Notes under the pieces: model-generated
Told to the model about the DNA's origin: nothing
Seen by the model: only the letters and a program-made list of their open reading frames with translations
The model's database searches: none
Program-made: the position numbers and the translations under genes
In this document: positions 38,635 to 49,267 of the stretch, one piece after another
Position numbering within the stretch: position 1 is the first letter of the stretch
Layout of the letters: each line of letters opens with the position of its first letter
Virus record (IMG/VR): IMGVR_UViG_3300036766_000548
Coordinates: 1 to 64,000 of that record
DNA from: a virus
DNA length: 64,000 bases
Reading direction: 5' to 3' (one strand)

Positions 38635-38944
38635 TTATCTTATCCAATATCTTCTTGGCGTATGCCTTTCTTACCTTTATATCTGTAGTCTCCGACCATG
38701 TTTTATATAATTTCAATCCTTCGATACAATTGTTTTCTAATGGGCATCCAGGGCAATTCCTAGTTCCATCATGCTTGTTATATACCGCGCAACATGGACA
38801 CCAATAATATAATTGCTTGATTATTGAATATAGTTTCCTGGGCAACTTGTATTTGTAATCAATCTCGGGAAAATTGTATAGATATCCCCACATGGTAATG
38901 CCGAGATAATATGCTTCCTTTTTAGTTATTTTTAGGTAAGTCAT
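38618..38944 (-). CDS. Hypothetical Cys-rich protein
   Basis: CPCC...CPGCPL...C. Confidence 0.6.
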   Translation of the reverse strand: MTYLKITKKEAYYLGITMWGYLYNFPEIDYKYKLPRKLYSIIKQLYYWCPCCAVYNKHDGTRNCPGCPLENNCIEGLKLYKTWSETTDIKVRKAYAKKILDKIIEGGY

Positions 38945-39435
38945 TTGATTATTGTAATTAACTCATTTGCATATGGCAATTTTTCAATCCATTTACAATA
39001 TTCTTTCCAATGTGGCAATCTATGATTCCTTCTAGCAAAATATATCCTTCGCAATGTTTGATAGTTAGTCATAAAGTATCGTGTCTGTAAAAATCCCTCT
39101 TTGATATTTTCCTTATAATTTATAAAATCATTTTCATTTTCAAACTTAGGCGCAGAATGCATAGTTGATTCAGAACCTAATTGTTCATTTCCAATTCTAT
39201 AGGCAACAAACTCATGCCAAAAATATCTAGGTGCAGTTAATGAATAATATACTTGTAATCCTCGTAATGATTTCGCTTCATCGTCACCATGTAAAACTAA
39301 TTTGGAAAGCAATTTAATATCGTCGTCTGTTGAATGCTCATTGTCTCTTTGTTTATGGGATAATCTAGCGGCAGCAGAACAAAAAGAAAAATCATAATCT
39401 TGTGGCACATCAAAACAATTTATATTTATAAACAT
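38941..39435 (-). CDS. ThyX-like (FAD-dependent thymidylate synthase-related) protein
   Basis: APRYFWHEF..YR, SESTMH, NYQTLRRIY.AR.NH.L.HW. Confidence 0.55.
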   Translation of the reverse strand: MFININCFDVPQDYDFSFCSAAARLSHKQRDNEHSTDDDIKLLSKLVLHGDDEAKSLRGLQVYYSLTAPRYFWHEFVAYRIGNEQLGSESTMHSAPKFENENDFINYKENIKEGFLQTRYFMTNYQTLRRIYFARRNHRLPHWKEYCKWIEKLPYANELITIIK

Positions 39436-39444
39436 TTATCCTCC

Positions 39445-42159
39445 TTATTTGAAACTAAAATCAAAATACTGCTTCAATTTATTATTCTGTTCGCTAGTAA
39501 CTTCGCAATCTTTATGCGCTCCAATAATAGTTAATATATCATCTGCCTTTGTTTTCTTTCCTAGGTTATTATCAATATCGAAAAATCCATTATTTACTTT
39601 TGTTTTTCTATTGGCTATCTCTTTCGCCGTGCTTTCGCCAAATCCTTTAATCTCAATAAATGGGCAATAGATAATATCATTTTTTACTATCCATTTCTTG
39701 CTATCAGATTTTCCAATTTTAGGTGGCCTAATATCATAATCTTTTCTAAGCGCATTTTCAATAATATCAGGTTTATTCCCATCAGAACCACAAGTCAATG
39801 AAGCACAAATAAACTCTAATGGGTAATATACTTTTATAAACATCTGCCAAAAAGCCAATACAGAATAACCTACACTGTGGGATCTGTTAAATCCGTATGC
39901 GCCGAATGTAGCCAATTCATCCCATAATTTTTCTGCCTCCTCCCTATTTAATGTTTTATTCTTTATACAACCTTTAGCAAATGTATTTTTGAATTTTGCA
40001 AACTCTTCGCCGCCCTTGCTTTTAGCGACTATTTTCCTAACTTTATCTGCTATTGTCCAATCTAATCCGGCTACTTCATTTACTATCTGCATTAATTGCT
40101 CTTGATATACTACGATCCCATAAGTGTCTTTTGTAATTTTTTCTATAATGGTGTTTTGCTTAGGTATTTTCTTACCGTTCTTTTTTCTATCAATGAATAT
40201 ATCAACCATTCCCGCCTGCAATGGGCCTGGCCTAAATAAAGCATTGATATGTGATAAAGTTATGAAATCATTTACTTTCATTTCATTGCAAAGCTTTTTT
40301 ATTCCATAAGTACCAAATTGAAAAATACCAGTAGTATTGCCATTAGAAAACTCTTTTAATATTTTAGGATCATCCAATTCAATATCTTCATAAACAATAT
40401 CTTTATCAGTATTTATCTTAATCAATTCCTTGGCTTCATTCAATATAGTTAATGCGTTTATCCCTAAAATATCCAGCTTCATCAAGCCTTCAAACTCTAT
40501 ATCATATTTATCCCAATTGACCGTCAATTCTTTTTTTGACTTACCGCCATATTGTAAGGATACTTTATTTCCGTTTGTCAAATCATCTTTTGAAATCACT
40601 ACTGCCGCCGCATGGCTTCCTTTGCCCCTAACTTGATTTTCCAGTTTAGTGCAAACACTAAATACTTCCGGGTATTCTTTCTTAAAGCGTTTTCCTTCAT
40701 TAAAATTATTCAACAACTTTATTACAGAATCTTCGCTTTCCTCATCTCCTTCGACTTCATCTATGGATTTATTCAATTCATTTATTCTGTCAAATGGAAT
40801 ATCAAATACCCGCGAAACATCCTTTAATGCGCTCTTGCCTTTCATTGTCAAGAAAGTGGAAACGCAAGCTACATGATTTTCGCCGTAAGTATCCTTGAAA
40901 TGATTTATAACCAATTGCCTTTTATCGTCCTGGAAATCATTATCAATATCGGGTAAGTCTATTCTATCTGGAGATATAAACCTAGAGAAAAGCAAATTAA
41001 ATTCAATAGGATCAATTTTAGTAATTCCTAATAAATAACAAACTAATGAACCGCCCGCACTTCCTCGGCCTGGACCTGTCATTATATTGTTATTTTTGCA
41101 CCATTGTATAACTTCATCGACAATAAGAAAATATTCGCAAAATCCTTGTTTCATTATCAATTCCATTTCATCTGTCAATCGTTGTCTATAAAGAGATATA
41201 TTAAATTTTCTTTTGGGATTATTTATTATTTTATTCTTGAACTCTACTGAACATTTATGTTTTAATAGTTCCTCGGCAGTACACCCGCATTCTTTCAATT
41301 CTGGCGTTTTTGGCAATTCTACTTTACGTTCTGTTATCCTGAAATCCTTGCATTTATTGAATACTTCAATGGTATTATTCAAATATTCTTCTATTTGTTT
41401 ATCATCAAATTGTTTTTGCTTTTTGAATGTCAGAAACATCTCATCATAATTTTTCGCATATAATCCTTCAACTTCAAATCGCCACCTATCAGGATCATTC
41501 CATTTCTTTTTTGTCTGTATTGCCAATAATACTTCTTGCGCCTTCGCATCATCCTTATGTATATAATGGCAATCATTAGTGGCTATTACTTTTATTCCTA
41601 GTGCTTCTGAATATTTAATAGCCAATTCATTAACTTCTAATTGTTCTTTCATGTTATGTGGCATCACTTCTGTATATAGATCATCGCCTATTTGTTTATA
41701 TAAATCCTTTAATAGCTTGATGCCCCATTTTTCTTTTATGAATGAAGCGGTACAAGCGGTAGAAATAATCAGCCCTTCGCAATGTTTTAACAATATTTCT
41801 GGAGATATACGCGGCCTGTAATATTGCCCTTCAAGATTGGCAATGGTAAGCATCTGTAAAATATTTGTCCAACCAATATCATTTTTAACTAATGCCAATA
41901 AATGAGAACGCTTCTCACCTTTTGTATGATCCTTGATATCATTGACAATATAAAACTCGCATCCATGGATAGGAATAAGGCCATTTGAAATAAACTCATT
42001 CTGGAATTTTATATTGCCATCTACATTTGAATGATTGGTCAATGCCATTCCTAATTGATTGTTTTCTAATATCTTTGAAGCGTAATTCTTGGCGGCTCCA
42101 AATCCATCGAGCAGGGAATATTCATTGTGTACATGAAGATGGATAAAATCTTTAGGCAT
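39445..42159 (-). CDS. dnaE: DNA polymerase III alpha subunit (DnaE-type, C-terminally short)
   Basis: HLHVHNEYSLLDG PHP domain, GRGSAGGSL, PDIDND, HAAAVV, KLDILG, GIFQF, YGFNRSH. Confidence 0.95.
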   Translation of the reverse strand: MPKDFIHLHVHNEYSLLDGFGAAKNYASKILENNQLGMALTNHSNVDGNIKFQNEFISNGLIPIHGCEFYIVNDIKDHTKGEKRSHLLALVKNDIGWTNILQMLTIANLEGQYYRPRISPEILLKHCEGLIISTACTASFIKEKWGIKLLKDLYKQIGDDLYTEVMPHNMKEQLEVNELAIKYSEALGIKVIATNDCHYIHKDDAKAQEVLLAIQTKKKWNDPDRWRFEVEGLYAKNYDEMFLTFKKQKQFDDKQIEEYLNNTIEVFNKCKDFRITERKVELPKTPELKECGCTAEELLKHKCSVEFKNKIINNPKRKFNISLYRQRLTDEMELIMKQGFCEYFLIVDEVIQWCKNNNIMTGPGRGSAGGSLVCYLLGITKIDPIEFNLLFSRFISPDRIDLPDIDNDFQDDKRQLVINHFKDTYGENHVACVSTFLTMKGKSALKDVSRVFDIPFDRINELNKSIDEVEGDEESEDSVIKLLNNFNEGKRFKKEYPEVFSVCTKLENQVRGKGSHAAAVVISKDDLTNGNKVSLQYGGKSKKELTVNWDKYDIEFEGLMKLDILGINALTILNEAKELIKINTDKDIVYEDIELDDPKILKEFSNGNTTGIFQFGTYGIKKLCNEMKVNDFITLSHINALFRPGPLQAGMVDIFIDRKKNGKKIPKQNTIIEKITKDTYGIVVYQEQLMQIVNEVAGLDWTIADKVRKIVAKSKGGEEFAKFKNTFAKGCIKNKTLNREEAEKLWDELATFGAYGFNRSHSVGYSVLAFWQMFIKVYYPLEFICASLTCGSDGNKPDIIENALRKDYDIRPPKIGKSDSKKWIVKNDIIYCPFIEIKGFGESTAKEIANRKTKVNNGFFDIDNNLGKKTKADDILTIIGAHKDCEVTSEQNNKLKQYFDFSFK

Positions 42160-42679
42160 TATTTAATATCTTAATTGCTTTTTCTGCATTTTCTTTTGAT
42201 AAACCAGTTTTATTATCTACTAATACTAAATTTTCAATTAAATCTTCCATATCAGAATCATCGTCAATAATTACAAATGATTCTATTGGTTCTTTATAAA
42301 TACACCATTGAGAATCTTTATATTTAACTATTTTAGATGCATGTTCAATTAACCAACATTTAATTTCTGCTCCTCTATATGAATCTAATCGAGGAGTAAT
42401 ATCAATAACTTCTCCAATAATTCCTAATGCGTGAAAATATCTATCAAATAAAGAAGCGTGATTCCCATGACGCCAAGTAGAACTAATAACTATTTTTGCA
42501 TCGGTTTTTTCTATAATTAAATTTAACCATCCAATATTTTCTATTGAAGGTTCATCCGACCATTTTCTATCATCAGATTCTGTCATTGATTTAACTGAAT
42601 TTAATACTCCATCTATATCTAAAAATATAATCTTAATTTTATTCTCCTCCATCGAACGTCGAGATAAGCTGAATACCAA
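42152..42679 (-). CDS. HAD-superfamily protein (RNA-repair HAD-like)
   Basis: IFLDIDGVLN, ISSTWR, RGAEI, VIIDD. Confidence 0.8.
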   Translation of the reverse strand: MVFSLSRRSMEENKIKIIFLDIDGVLNSVKSMTESDDRKWSDEPSIENIGWLNLIIEKTDAKIVISSTWRHGNHASLFDRYFHALGIIGEVIDITPRLDSYRGAEIKCWLIEHASKIVKYKDSQWCIYKEPIESFVIIDDDSDMEDLIENLVLVDNKTGLSKENAEKAIKILNNA

Positions 42680-43718
42680 ATTCTGATACGAACACCACCC
42701 TGGTCTTAACTTTCTCTTGCACTACGGTATTTTTTAGATAGAAACTCTTACTATATTTTATCCCGTTCTGTATCATCGAATAATCCACATAAATGCTTAT
42801 AGGCGAAATATCATTCTTGAACGGCTTTTCCCATGGAACATTTTCAGTATACTTGCCGCTTGGCCTTTGACTGAATACTTCTATATTGTCCTTAGTAAAA
42901 GTCAATTTAACCGTATCGAAACTTTCTATATTCTGGCTAAGTGCCGCTGCTCTGTTCACTGCATCAATCAACTTATTAGGAAGCTCATTTGAAATATCGC
43001 CTTTTTCCTTTTTATGACTTTCAATAAAATCAATTACTTTACTATATGGATAATTTTCCTGAGCCAATCGCTTGCAACTGAAGATAGTTTTGTCCTCTGT
43101 CTGGAAATGCACCCAAGAATCCGACACATAATATTTTACGACATTATTCAATTTCAATAGTTCGGTAACAGCATCATTATTGATCCAGAATGAAGTTACA
43201 ATCTCATCATCCAAAGTATAATGATTAACCTTCAAATTATCGGTTGAAATGATATTCTTATCTGAACAATAAACACCGGACAATTGTGATTGTGACTTGA
43301 AATTGCATATTGCCAAGCCCTCGAAAAACCGTTCAAGAATATTTACCCATTTGAACTTACCATTGGTTATTCCCTGGATACGCTCAATGAGATTGTTTTC
43401 AAGCAATGTCAATTCAGCTCGGGCATTCTCAGATTTTACAATCCACATATCAGACTTTGGAACGATGGAAATGGTATCACCTTCATAGCGGGAAATAAGA
43501 TCGTAAAAATCCTTGGCCTTGATGGCGGCAGAAATGTTCTCGCCTGCCTTATTGGTGATAGGAAAATGCACTGATACCGAGATGGTGTCATTATAGGTAT
43601 GGATAAACCCATCATGGAAAATGAAGGTATCGGCACCTTGCAGGATGGTGTTGCCGGATTCAACACCGGGCATGGCTTGTTTCATCGCGGTCAGGAATTC
43701 TGATCTTTGTAAAATCAT
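42639..43718 (-). CDS. Sliding clamp (DnaN-like)
   Basis: Clamp-like size and pattern: L.GVY....ISTD, YPY, AVNRA; near dnaE. Confidence 0.6.
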   Translation of the reverse strand: MILQRSEFLTAMKQAMPGVESGNTILQGADTFIFHDGFIHTYNDTISVSVHFPITNKAGENISAAIKAKDFYDLISRYEGDTISIVPKSDMWIVKSENARAELTLLENNLIERIQGITNGKFKWVNILERFFEGLAICNFKSQSQLSGVYCSDKNIISTDNLKVNHYTLDDEIVTSFWINNDAVTELLKLNNVVKYYVSDSWVHFQTEDKTIFSCKRLAQENYPYSKVIDFIESHKKEKGDISNELPNKLIDAVNRAAALSQNIESFDTVKLTFTKDNIEVFSQRPSGKYTENVPWEKPFKNDISPISIYVDYSMIQNGIKYSKSFYLKNTVVQEKVKTRVVFVSEFGIQLISTFDGGE

Positions 43719-44593
43719 TTATTTATCTCCTTTGTTATCTTCTTCAAATCTATACCATCCTTGACTAAGTATAATAAATGCGACCGCTGCCACTGAAGGA
43801 ACTTGTCCATTCCCAATGGCTGCAATGCGGTCCACTCTATTGGCCAACCCATCAGCCACTCTACCCAATTCGGATTCAGTTGACCACCAGTTTCTATTGC
43901 TTCCTTTGCCGTTATTCTTGTTAGGCTGTCTTTCCTGTTTATATTTATTTGTTTCAATAAACTTTCTTTGCTGTATGTAGATGTTATTGAATCCATTTTC
44001 ATTGGAGTCGGATACATTCTTACATATCGATCCAATGTCATTTGACTTTTTCCGTTGCGGACTAGATTCAATGTATGTTCCGATTTTCCTGCTTCGCTTT
44101 TCATTGGTGTTGGCAAGAATCCAGATTCGTTCCCGTTTATGTTTCGCCCCAACATCGCAAGCTCCCAGCACTCCCCATCTAGCATCATACCCCATCGTGG
44201 CCAAGTCTCCAAGAACGATTCCAAGTCCTCGAATAGTGAGAAGTGGTGAGTTTTCAATAAGACACCATTCTGGTTTAATTTCGCAAACGATCCTGGCCAT
44301 TTCTTTCCAAAGTCCAGAACGCTTGCCTTCCAGTCCAGCTCCCTTTCCTGCTGCGGAAATGTCTTGACAAGGGAATCCGCCGGTAATAATATCCACTCTT
44401 CCTTTCCACGGTTTACCGTCAAATGTTGTAATATCATCCCATATAGGGAATCTTGGTAGTATTCCGTCCCTTTGTCTTTGTAATAGGATTTCAATACAAT
44501 ATTTTTCGATTTCGACGGCGCAAACCGTTTTCCATCCCAGCAAAGTCCCTCCGAGGATTCCGCCGCCCGCTCCACTAAATAATGAAAGCTCAC
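43715..44593 (-). CDS. Overlapping alternative-frame C5-MTase beta polypeptide (start uncertain)
   Basis: LPTP/YPTP repeats and motif-IX-like LNPNWVEWLMGWP. Confidence 0.7.
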   Translation of the reverse strand: MSFHYLVERAAESSEGLCWDGKRFAPSKSKNIVLKSYYKDKGTEYYQDSLYGMILQHLTVNRGKEEWILLPADSLVKTFPQQERELDWKASVLDFGKKWPGSFAKLNQNGVLLKTHHFSLFEDLESFLETWPRWGMMLDGECWELAMLGRNINGNESGFLPTPMKSEAGKSEHTLNLVRNGKSQMTLDRYVRMYPTPMKMDSITSTYSKESLLKQININRKDSLTRITAKEAIETGGQLNPNWVEWLMGWPIEWTALQPLGMDKFLQWQRSHLLYLVKDGIDLKKITKEINK

Positions 44594-44612
44594 GCATTCT
44601 CCTTTTCTCCAA
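43719..44612 (-). CDS. C5-cytosine DNA methyltransferase alpha polypeptide
   Basis: Motifs I (FSGAGG), IV (GFPCQ), VI (ENS), VIII (HKRER), X (IGNG); no motif IX. Confidence 0.9.
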   Translation of the reverse strand: MEKRRMRELSLFSGAGGGILGGTLLGWKTVCAVEIEKYCIEILLQRQRDGILPRFPIWDDITTFDGKPWKGRVDIITGGFPCQDISAAGKGAGLEGKRSGLWKEMARIVCEIKPEWCLIENSPLLTIRGLGIVLGDLATMGYDARWGVLGACDVGAKHKRERIWILANTNEKRSRKIGTYIESSPQRKKSNDIGSICKNVSDSNENGFNNIYIQQRKFIETNKYKQERQPNKNNGKGSNRNWWSTESELGRVADGLANRVDRIAAIGNGQVPSVAAVAFIILSQGWYRFEEDNKGDK

Positions 44613-44698
44613 ATAATGATTGCCCGATCAATGTCATCCCCTTTTTCTTATTAGCCATTTTCAGATTAGCTACTGATTGATTATTCGTACTGTTCTCC

Positions 44699-45799
44699 TT
44701 AGTCTAATTGCATCGGCATAATAATATGATTACTTCCATCTTTATAAATGAAAGTAATTGCTTTTACAAAACTAGTAAATTGTATCTCTTTTAATTCTTT
44801 TAGGGTCAATGCGTCATTCAGATATTTATAATTTATTGCCAAACTAGTCAATAAAGACACAAACGGTTTTCTGGGATTTTCTATAGTATCTTCAATATGC
44901 TTCCAACATTTATTTTCATTTTCAATTCTATCATTATCATAAAATCCTTTCCATTGCATAGTGCCCATTGTTTTGTTTTCCCATTCAACTATTACCATAT
45001 CATCTTTATCGTGTTTAATTATTATTCTTTCCATAGTATCCTTGTTTTTCAACTGCATTGTTTTGGAATAAATATCTTTCCATGCAATTATATCAAGGAT
45101 ATTAATTGTATATGTTTGTTTTTCAGGGACTACTTTCCTCCAATTAGGGAATTGCCCTTCGATATTTGTAGTGCAATAATAAAATACATTACCTTTGTAT
45201 TCGAATTGAAATACATAAAATGCCTTATCAATCTTATACTTTATATTGGCGCCTTTTTTCAATAGCCATTCAAGCATCTTTGAATTAGGAAGTATAACCG
45301 CCGGAAACTTATCAAATCCTTGTGAGGAAAATAGCCTTCGTCCATCTGTAGATACTACATTTCCTTCATCAAAATAAATACCATTCATGAAATATTTAGT
45401 TTCATCATCAGAAACAAACCTGAAAGCATCCAGCATCAATTGTGATTGAACGCTATTTATATCTACCCATTCTCCAGTAATATCAATTTCTGTTTGCGGA
45501 AACTTTTCTAGCGTATTGTTATTTGTATTAAATCCATCCAACTTCTTGAATGCTTTGCTCAGGGTGTATTCATAGATACCATTTTCTTCATTTCCATTAT
45601 AAGGCATGACAAGAAAACTTTTGATATTAGTTGCCAATAGTTTGTTTTCGTTTTTTGCAATATAAGAACAAATCGATAAACTATTTTTGGATAGTTCCAT
45701 GTGTGAAGCAGCATCTAAAAAAGCATTGACAGGATCAACCACAACTTGTTTCTTTTCGGGCTTTTCATGTTTCATTTCCTCGCCAAATATATTTTGCAT
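44699..45799 (-). CDS. Second DnaN/beta-clamp-like protein (C-terminal domains)
   Basis: DETKYFMNGIYF...VSTDGRRL, IEGQFPNW..V.P, INYKYL.DAL, IIMPM. Confidence 0.75.
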   Translation of the reverse strand: MQNIFGEEMKHEKPEKKQVVVDPVNAFLDAASHMELSKNSLSICSYIAKNENKLLATNIKSFLVMPYNGNEENGIYEYTLSKAFKKLDGFNTNNNTLEKFPQTEIDITGEWVDINSVQSQLMLDAFRFVSDDETKYFMNGIYFDEGNVVSTDGRRLFSSQGFDKFPAVILPNSKMLEWLLKKGANIKYKIDKAFYVFQFEYKGNVFYYCTTNIEGQFPNWRKVVPEKQTYTINILDIIAWKDIYSKTMQLKNKDTMERIIIKHDKDDMVIVEWENKTMGTMQWKGFYDNDRIENENKCWKHIEDTIENPRKPFVSLLTSLAINYKYLNDALTLKELKEIQFTSFVKAITFIYKDGSNHIIMPMQLD

Positions 45800-45809
45800 A
45801 TTTACTCCT

Positions 45810-46088
45810 TTATTCTAGCATCTTGATATTTTCGTTCTTCACATATTCTATCATGCCAATATTTTTATTGTAGCTATCCTTTCCTTCAAATGATTTTACT
45901 ATTTCCTTTTCAATACAAGACATATGAAAAGCACCACGATAAGAACATTGCTCTTTTATATAATCTAAAATATCGCCCTTGCCTGCCGATGGCTCAAGAA
46001 TATTTGAAATATCGTTATGGTCTATTTTACTCCACATTTTAGCGATGAGTTTTTTAGGTGTAGGATAAAATGATTTATTCAATAACAT
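45810..46088 (-). pseudogene. Internally deleted adenine methyltransferase (DUF4942-like) remnant
   Basis: FYPTP and ILEPSAGKG present; no NPPY/F; only 92 aa. Confidence 0.6.
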
Positions 46089-46130
46089 TCATATTCCTTT
46101 CATCTATTATATATCATTACTCAACATTTT

Positions 46131-46904
46131 TCAAAACAAATCGTATTTACTTTTTCTTCCTTTTAATTGTTTTTCTGGGTTTCTTATTCTATCTACGGAT
46201 AAATTGAAATATTTTTCATCCTTTTCTATTCCTATAAAATTTCTGTTTATATATTTACAAGCTATTCCTGTTGATCCTGAACCCATGCAATTGTCCAATA
46301 CTGTTTCATTTTCTAAAGTATACGTTTTGATTAAATATTGTAGTAATAATACTGGCTTTTGAGTTGGATGCAATCTATTTTTATCTCTTTTGAATTTTAT
46401 AATTGATACTGGAAATCTATCCCCATTATTTTTTGTAATTATGTTTGTTTGATCTCCATAATTTTTACTACCATTGCCACTTTTACAAGTATATGGAATC
46501 CCTTTTCTCATTTGTGGATTATATATTGATTGTTTTTTATAAAATACTAAAATATTTTCGTGGTTTTTTAATGGCATTATTTTTGAATTCAAATGGCCAC
46601 TTCCTATTTCCTTATTCCAAATCCATTCATATTTTAACATTTTTAGATTAGAATAACTTAAAACTTTATCAAATGGGGTTTGAGAAAATAACACTATAGC
46701 TGAGTTATCTTTACAAACTCTATTATATTGTTTCCAAAGTAAAGATAAATCTATAACAGAATCCCATGAATTATTTGTAGTTCCATATGGCAAATCACAC
46801 AAAATCATATTAATACTTTTATCAGGAATGATTTTCATCACTTCCAGACAATCGCCTAGATATAAAGTGGAATTATCAATTATAGTTTTATTGTATTTAT
46901 TCAT
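46131..46904 (-). CDS. N6-adenine/N4-cytosine DNA methyltransferase (beta class)
   Basis: GDCLE, DLPYG, HPTQKP, VLDNCMGSGST. Confidence 0.9.
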   Translation of the reverse strand: MNKYNKTIIDNSTLYLGDCLEVMKIIPDKSINMILCDLPYGTTNNSWDSVIDLSLLWKQYNRVCKDNSAIVLFSQTPFDKVLSYSNLKMLKYEWIWNKEIGSGHLNSKIMPLKNHENILVFYKKQSIYNPQMRKGIPYTCKSGNGSKNYGDQTNIITKNNGDRFPVSIIKFKRDKNRLHPTQKPVLLLQYLIKTYTLENETVLDNCMGSGSTGIACKYINRNFIGIEKDEKYFNLSVDRIRNPEKQLKGRKSKYDLF

Positions 46905-48330
46905 TTATTTTTCGTTTATATCTACATTTTTCTTCACTTTTATTCTCATATCCTATAACCTCTTTTTTCATCCTTGAATCGATGCATGGCCTGCCTAAAT
47001 CCAAGCATTGCAACACCACGGCCTGATCCGATATATGTCTACCTTCCCGCACTTCCATTAACCCTAACCTGATTATGTTATTCTCATTTTCCTTGTCTGT
47101 AGCGTTCAAGCTCACTGCCAATGTCACATGGTTTATTTTCCTGATATCCTCAGATGCCTGCGAAGTCTTTATGTCGCTATCAAATGTTTTCTTTTCTGTA
47201 TGGCTTGCCGTGATTATAGCTATATTCCGTTCATTAGCCATATCGCGTAAGCCTTTCCAAATAGTGTTTATTTTATCCCTATTATCAGTATATTTTTTCC
47301 CAGGCTCCATGTAATCTGCATAATCAATAATAATCACATCTGGAATGAAGTTCTCATAATAATATAAATTATCACAAAGGCTTTCAATCATATTCACCGT
47401 TGCCCCAACCATAGGAACTATTTTTATCCTGCCTTTTCTATATAACCTCCTCAATTTTTTCTGGAAATCCTCGATGGTGTTCAAGTCCGTTCCTTGCATG
47501 TCAATCTCATCTTGTTCTATTTTATATTTATTGGTAGATTCATCCAATTCAAAATGCGCCGAATGGATAGTACGATTATATAACGGTTCTCCGGTAAGTG
47601 AAGGCCATGAACGCTTTATTATTGATACATCATTCATCTCCAAAGGAATATAAATGACCTTATTCCCTTGGCTCATTGCTACTTCCGACGTATACCAAAG
47701 CCAGAATGACTTGCCACGTTTGGCAGGCCCAAAATACGACATGAAATCGCCACGAGAAATAGGTTGGATGATTGTCCCTACGGCACCAGGAAATTTTATT
47801 ATCTCTGAATGCTCTTTTGTCAATGCGTCTAGTATTTTGTTATGGTCATGAAGTAAATCGATGCCTTGGCCTGTCGGCTTTTCTACTCGCTTATAATTTG
47901 ATACGTATTGTTCGGCCTTCACAGGATCATTACTAGCTATAGCATCTTCTAATTGTTCTTTTAATAATTCAGCAGAACGTATCTTCAAATAATTCACACA
48001 CTGGGTTATTTCAAAATTGATATTTATGTTTTCTGATTCTTCGTAGCTCTTACTTAACGATTGCAGCAAGACAGAAATATTATCAGATGTTTCCTCATCA
48101 TCCTGCAATGATAATTTATTATTTAAATAGATATCCTTGATGTGCTGTTTTGGCGCGCAGGAAAATTCGGAATAGAACTTTTCGACCCACTTATGGATTT
48201 CGCGCCCGTATGAAGTTTTCCAATATGAACTTCTGATTATAGGCAATACTTCTTGGCAAAATCTTGTATTAGTTATGAGGAGCGTTAAAATTTTTCTTTC
48301 AAAATCCAAGGAAATTTTCGTTCGCGTCAA
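46897..48330 (-). CDS. Replicative DNA helicase (DnaB-like)
   Basis: GPAKRGKS, LEM, IIIDYAD, SEDIRK. Confidence 0.85.
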   Translation of the reverse strand: MTRTKISLDFERKILTLLITNTRFCQEVLPIIRSSYWKTSYGREIHKWVEKFYSEFSCAPKQHIKDIYLNNKLSLQDDEETSDNISVLLQSLSKSYEESENININFEITQCVNYLKIRSAELLKEQLEDAIASNDPVKAEQYVSNYKRVEKPTGQGIDLLHDHNKILDALTKEHSEIIKFPGAVGTIIQPISRGDFMSYFGPAKRGKSFWLWYTSEVAMSQGNKVIYIPLEMNDVSIIKRSWPSLTGEPLYNRTIHSAHFELDESTNKYKIEQDEIDMQGTDLNTIEDFQKKLRRLYRKGRIKIVPMVGATVNMIESLCDNLYYYENFIPDVIIIDYADYMEPGKKYTDNRDKINTIWKGLRDMANERNIAIITASHTEKKTFDSDIKTSQASEDIRKINHVTLAVSLNATDKENENNIIRLGLMEVREGRHISDQAVVLQCLDLGRPCIDSRMKKEVIGYENKSEEKCRYKRKINE

Positions 48331-48905
48331 ATAATATCCTTTTTATTCAAGATATATTTTTGAATATCTATGAACCTAATCAGTGGTTCCTTATATTCTG
48401 GTTTCTTAGAAAAATGATACCAAGCATAAACCATCATTCCAGTATGTATTTTATTATCCTTTCGTAATGGTTCACCTAACATCGGATATCGATCAAATAC
48501 ATAAATACAATTTAATGGGAATATCTTATCTGAATAAATATAATCTAACCGTTGTTTCCCATGCAAATATGATAATGGAAGCAGAAAATAAAAATCATTA
48601 CATAAAGTTTTTGCCTTTTGTATAAATTGAAACGCCAATGAATAAGGTGGATTAGTTATGATAGTTTTATACTTATTGGTTTCTGATAAAAAATCCTGCC
48701 CATGTTTAATATCATAAAAATCCACATTTTCATATTCTTTTAATAATATCTTTACTATCGCTCCATTGCCACAAGCTGGTTCTAATATCGGCTCTTTTAA
48801 TTTAACTAATTCTAATAATTTAATAGTAAGACATGAAGGAGTTTCATAAAAATCAGATTTCTTGCGTTGTCCAACATTATTACAAGAAAAGTTTTTACCT
48901 TTCAA
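48327..48905 (-). CDS. Small adenine-specific DNA methyltransferase
   Basis: DFYETP, ILEPACGNG, IITNPPY. Confidence 0.85.
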   Translation of the reverse strand: MKGKNFSCNNVGQRKKSDFYETPSCLTIKLLELVKLKEPILEPACGNGAIVKILLKEYENVDFYDIKHGQDFLSETNKYKTIITNPPYSLAFQFIQKAKTLCNDFYFLLPLSYLHGKQRLDYIYSDKIFPLNCIYVFDRYPMLGEPLRKDNKIHTGMMVYAWYHFSKKPEYKEPLIRFIDIQKYILNKKDII

Positions 48906-49267
48906 ACGATATCCTTTTTACTTATATCTAAAATCCAATCCTCACACATTAATCCTAAATCGCTAGGGTGTGGGTCAAATACTAATTTGCCATTTTTATA
49001 AATACAAACATGATTGCATCCACGTTCTGATTTTCCCATAACAATATAATATCCGTCTTTTATATATCTATCATATTCTTTATCAAATCTTACCAATCCA
49101 TTATATTCATATCCAATACTATCTAAATACTCAATTACTTGACTCCAAAAATCTTTCATTCCAATAAAATCAGGAATATCATTTATGTCTTTTTCAAATA
49201 TAGAAGCAAAACAAGCTGATAAACAATTACCACCAGGATAAAGGGTGGTTTGTTTTACTTTTACCAT
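48902..49267 (-). CDS. Hypothetical protein (GNC..AC..S..H..DP, papain/C39-like pattern)
   Basis: Conserved-looking C/H/D pattern. Confidence 0.5.
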   Translation of the reverse strand: MVKVKQTTLYPGGNCLSACFASIFEKDINDIPDFIGMKDFWSQVIEYLDSIGYEYNGLVRFDKEYDRYIKDGYYIVMGKSERGCNHVCIYKNGKLVFDPHPSDLGLMCEDWILDISKKDIV

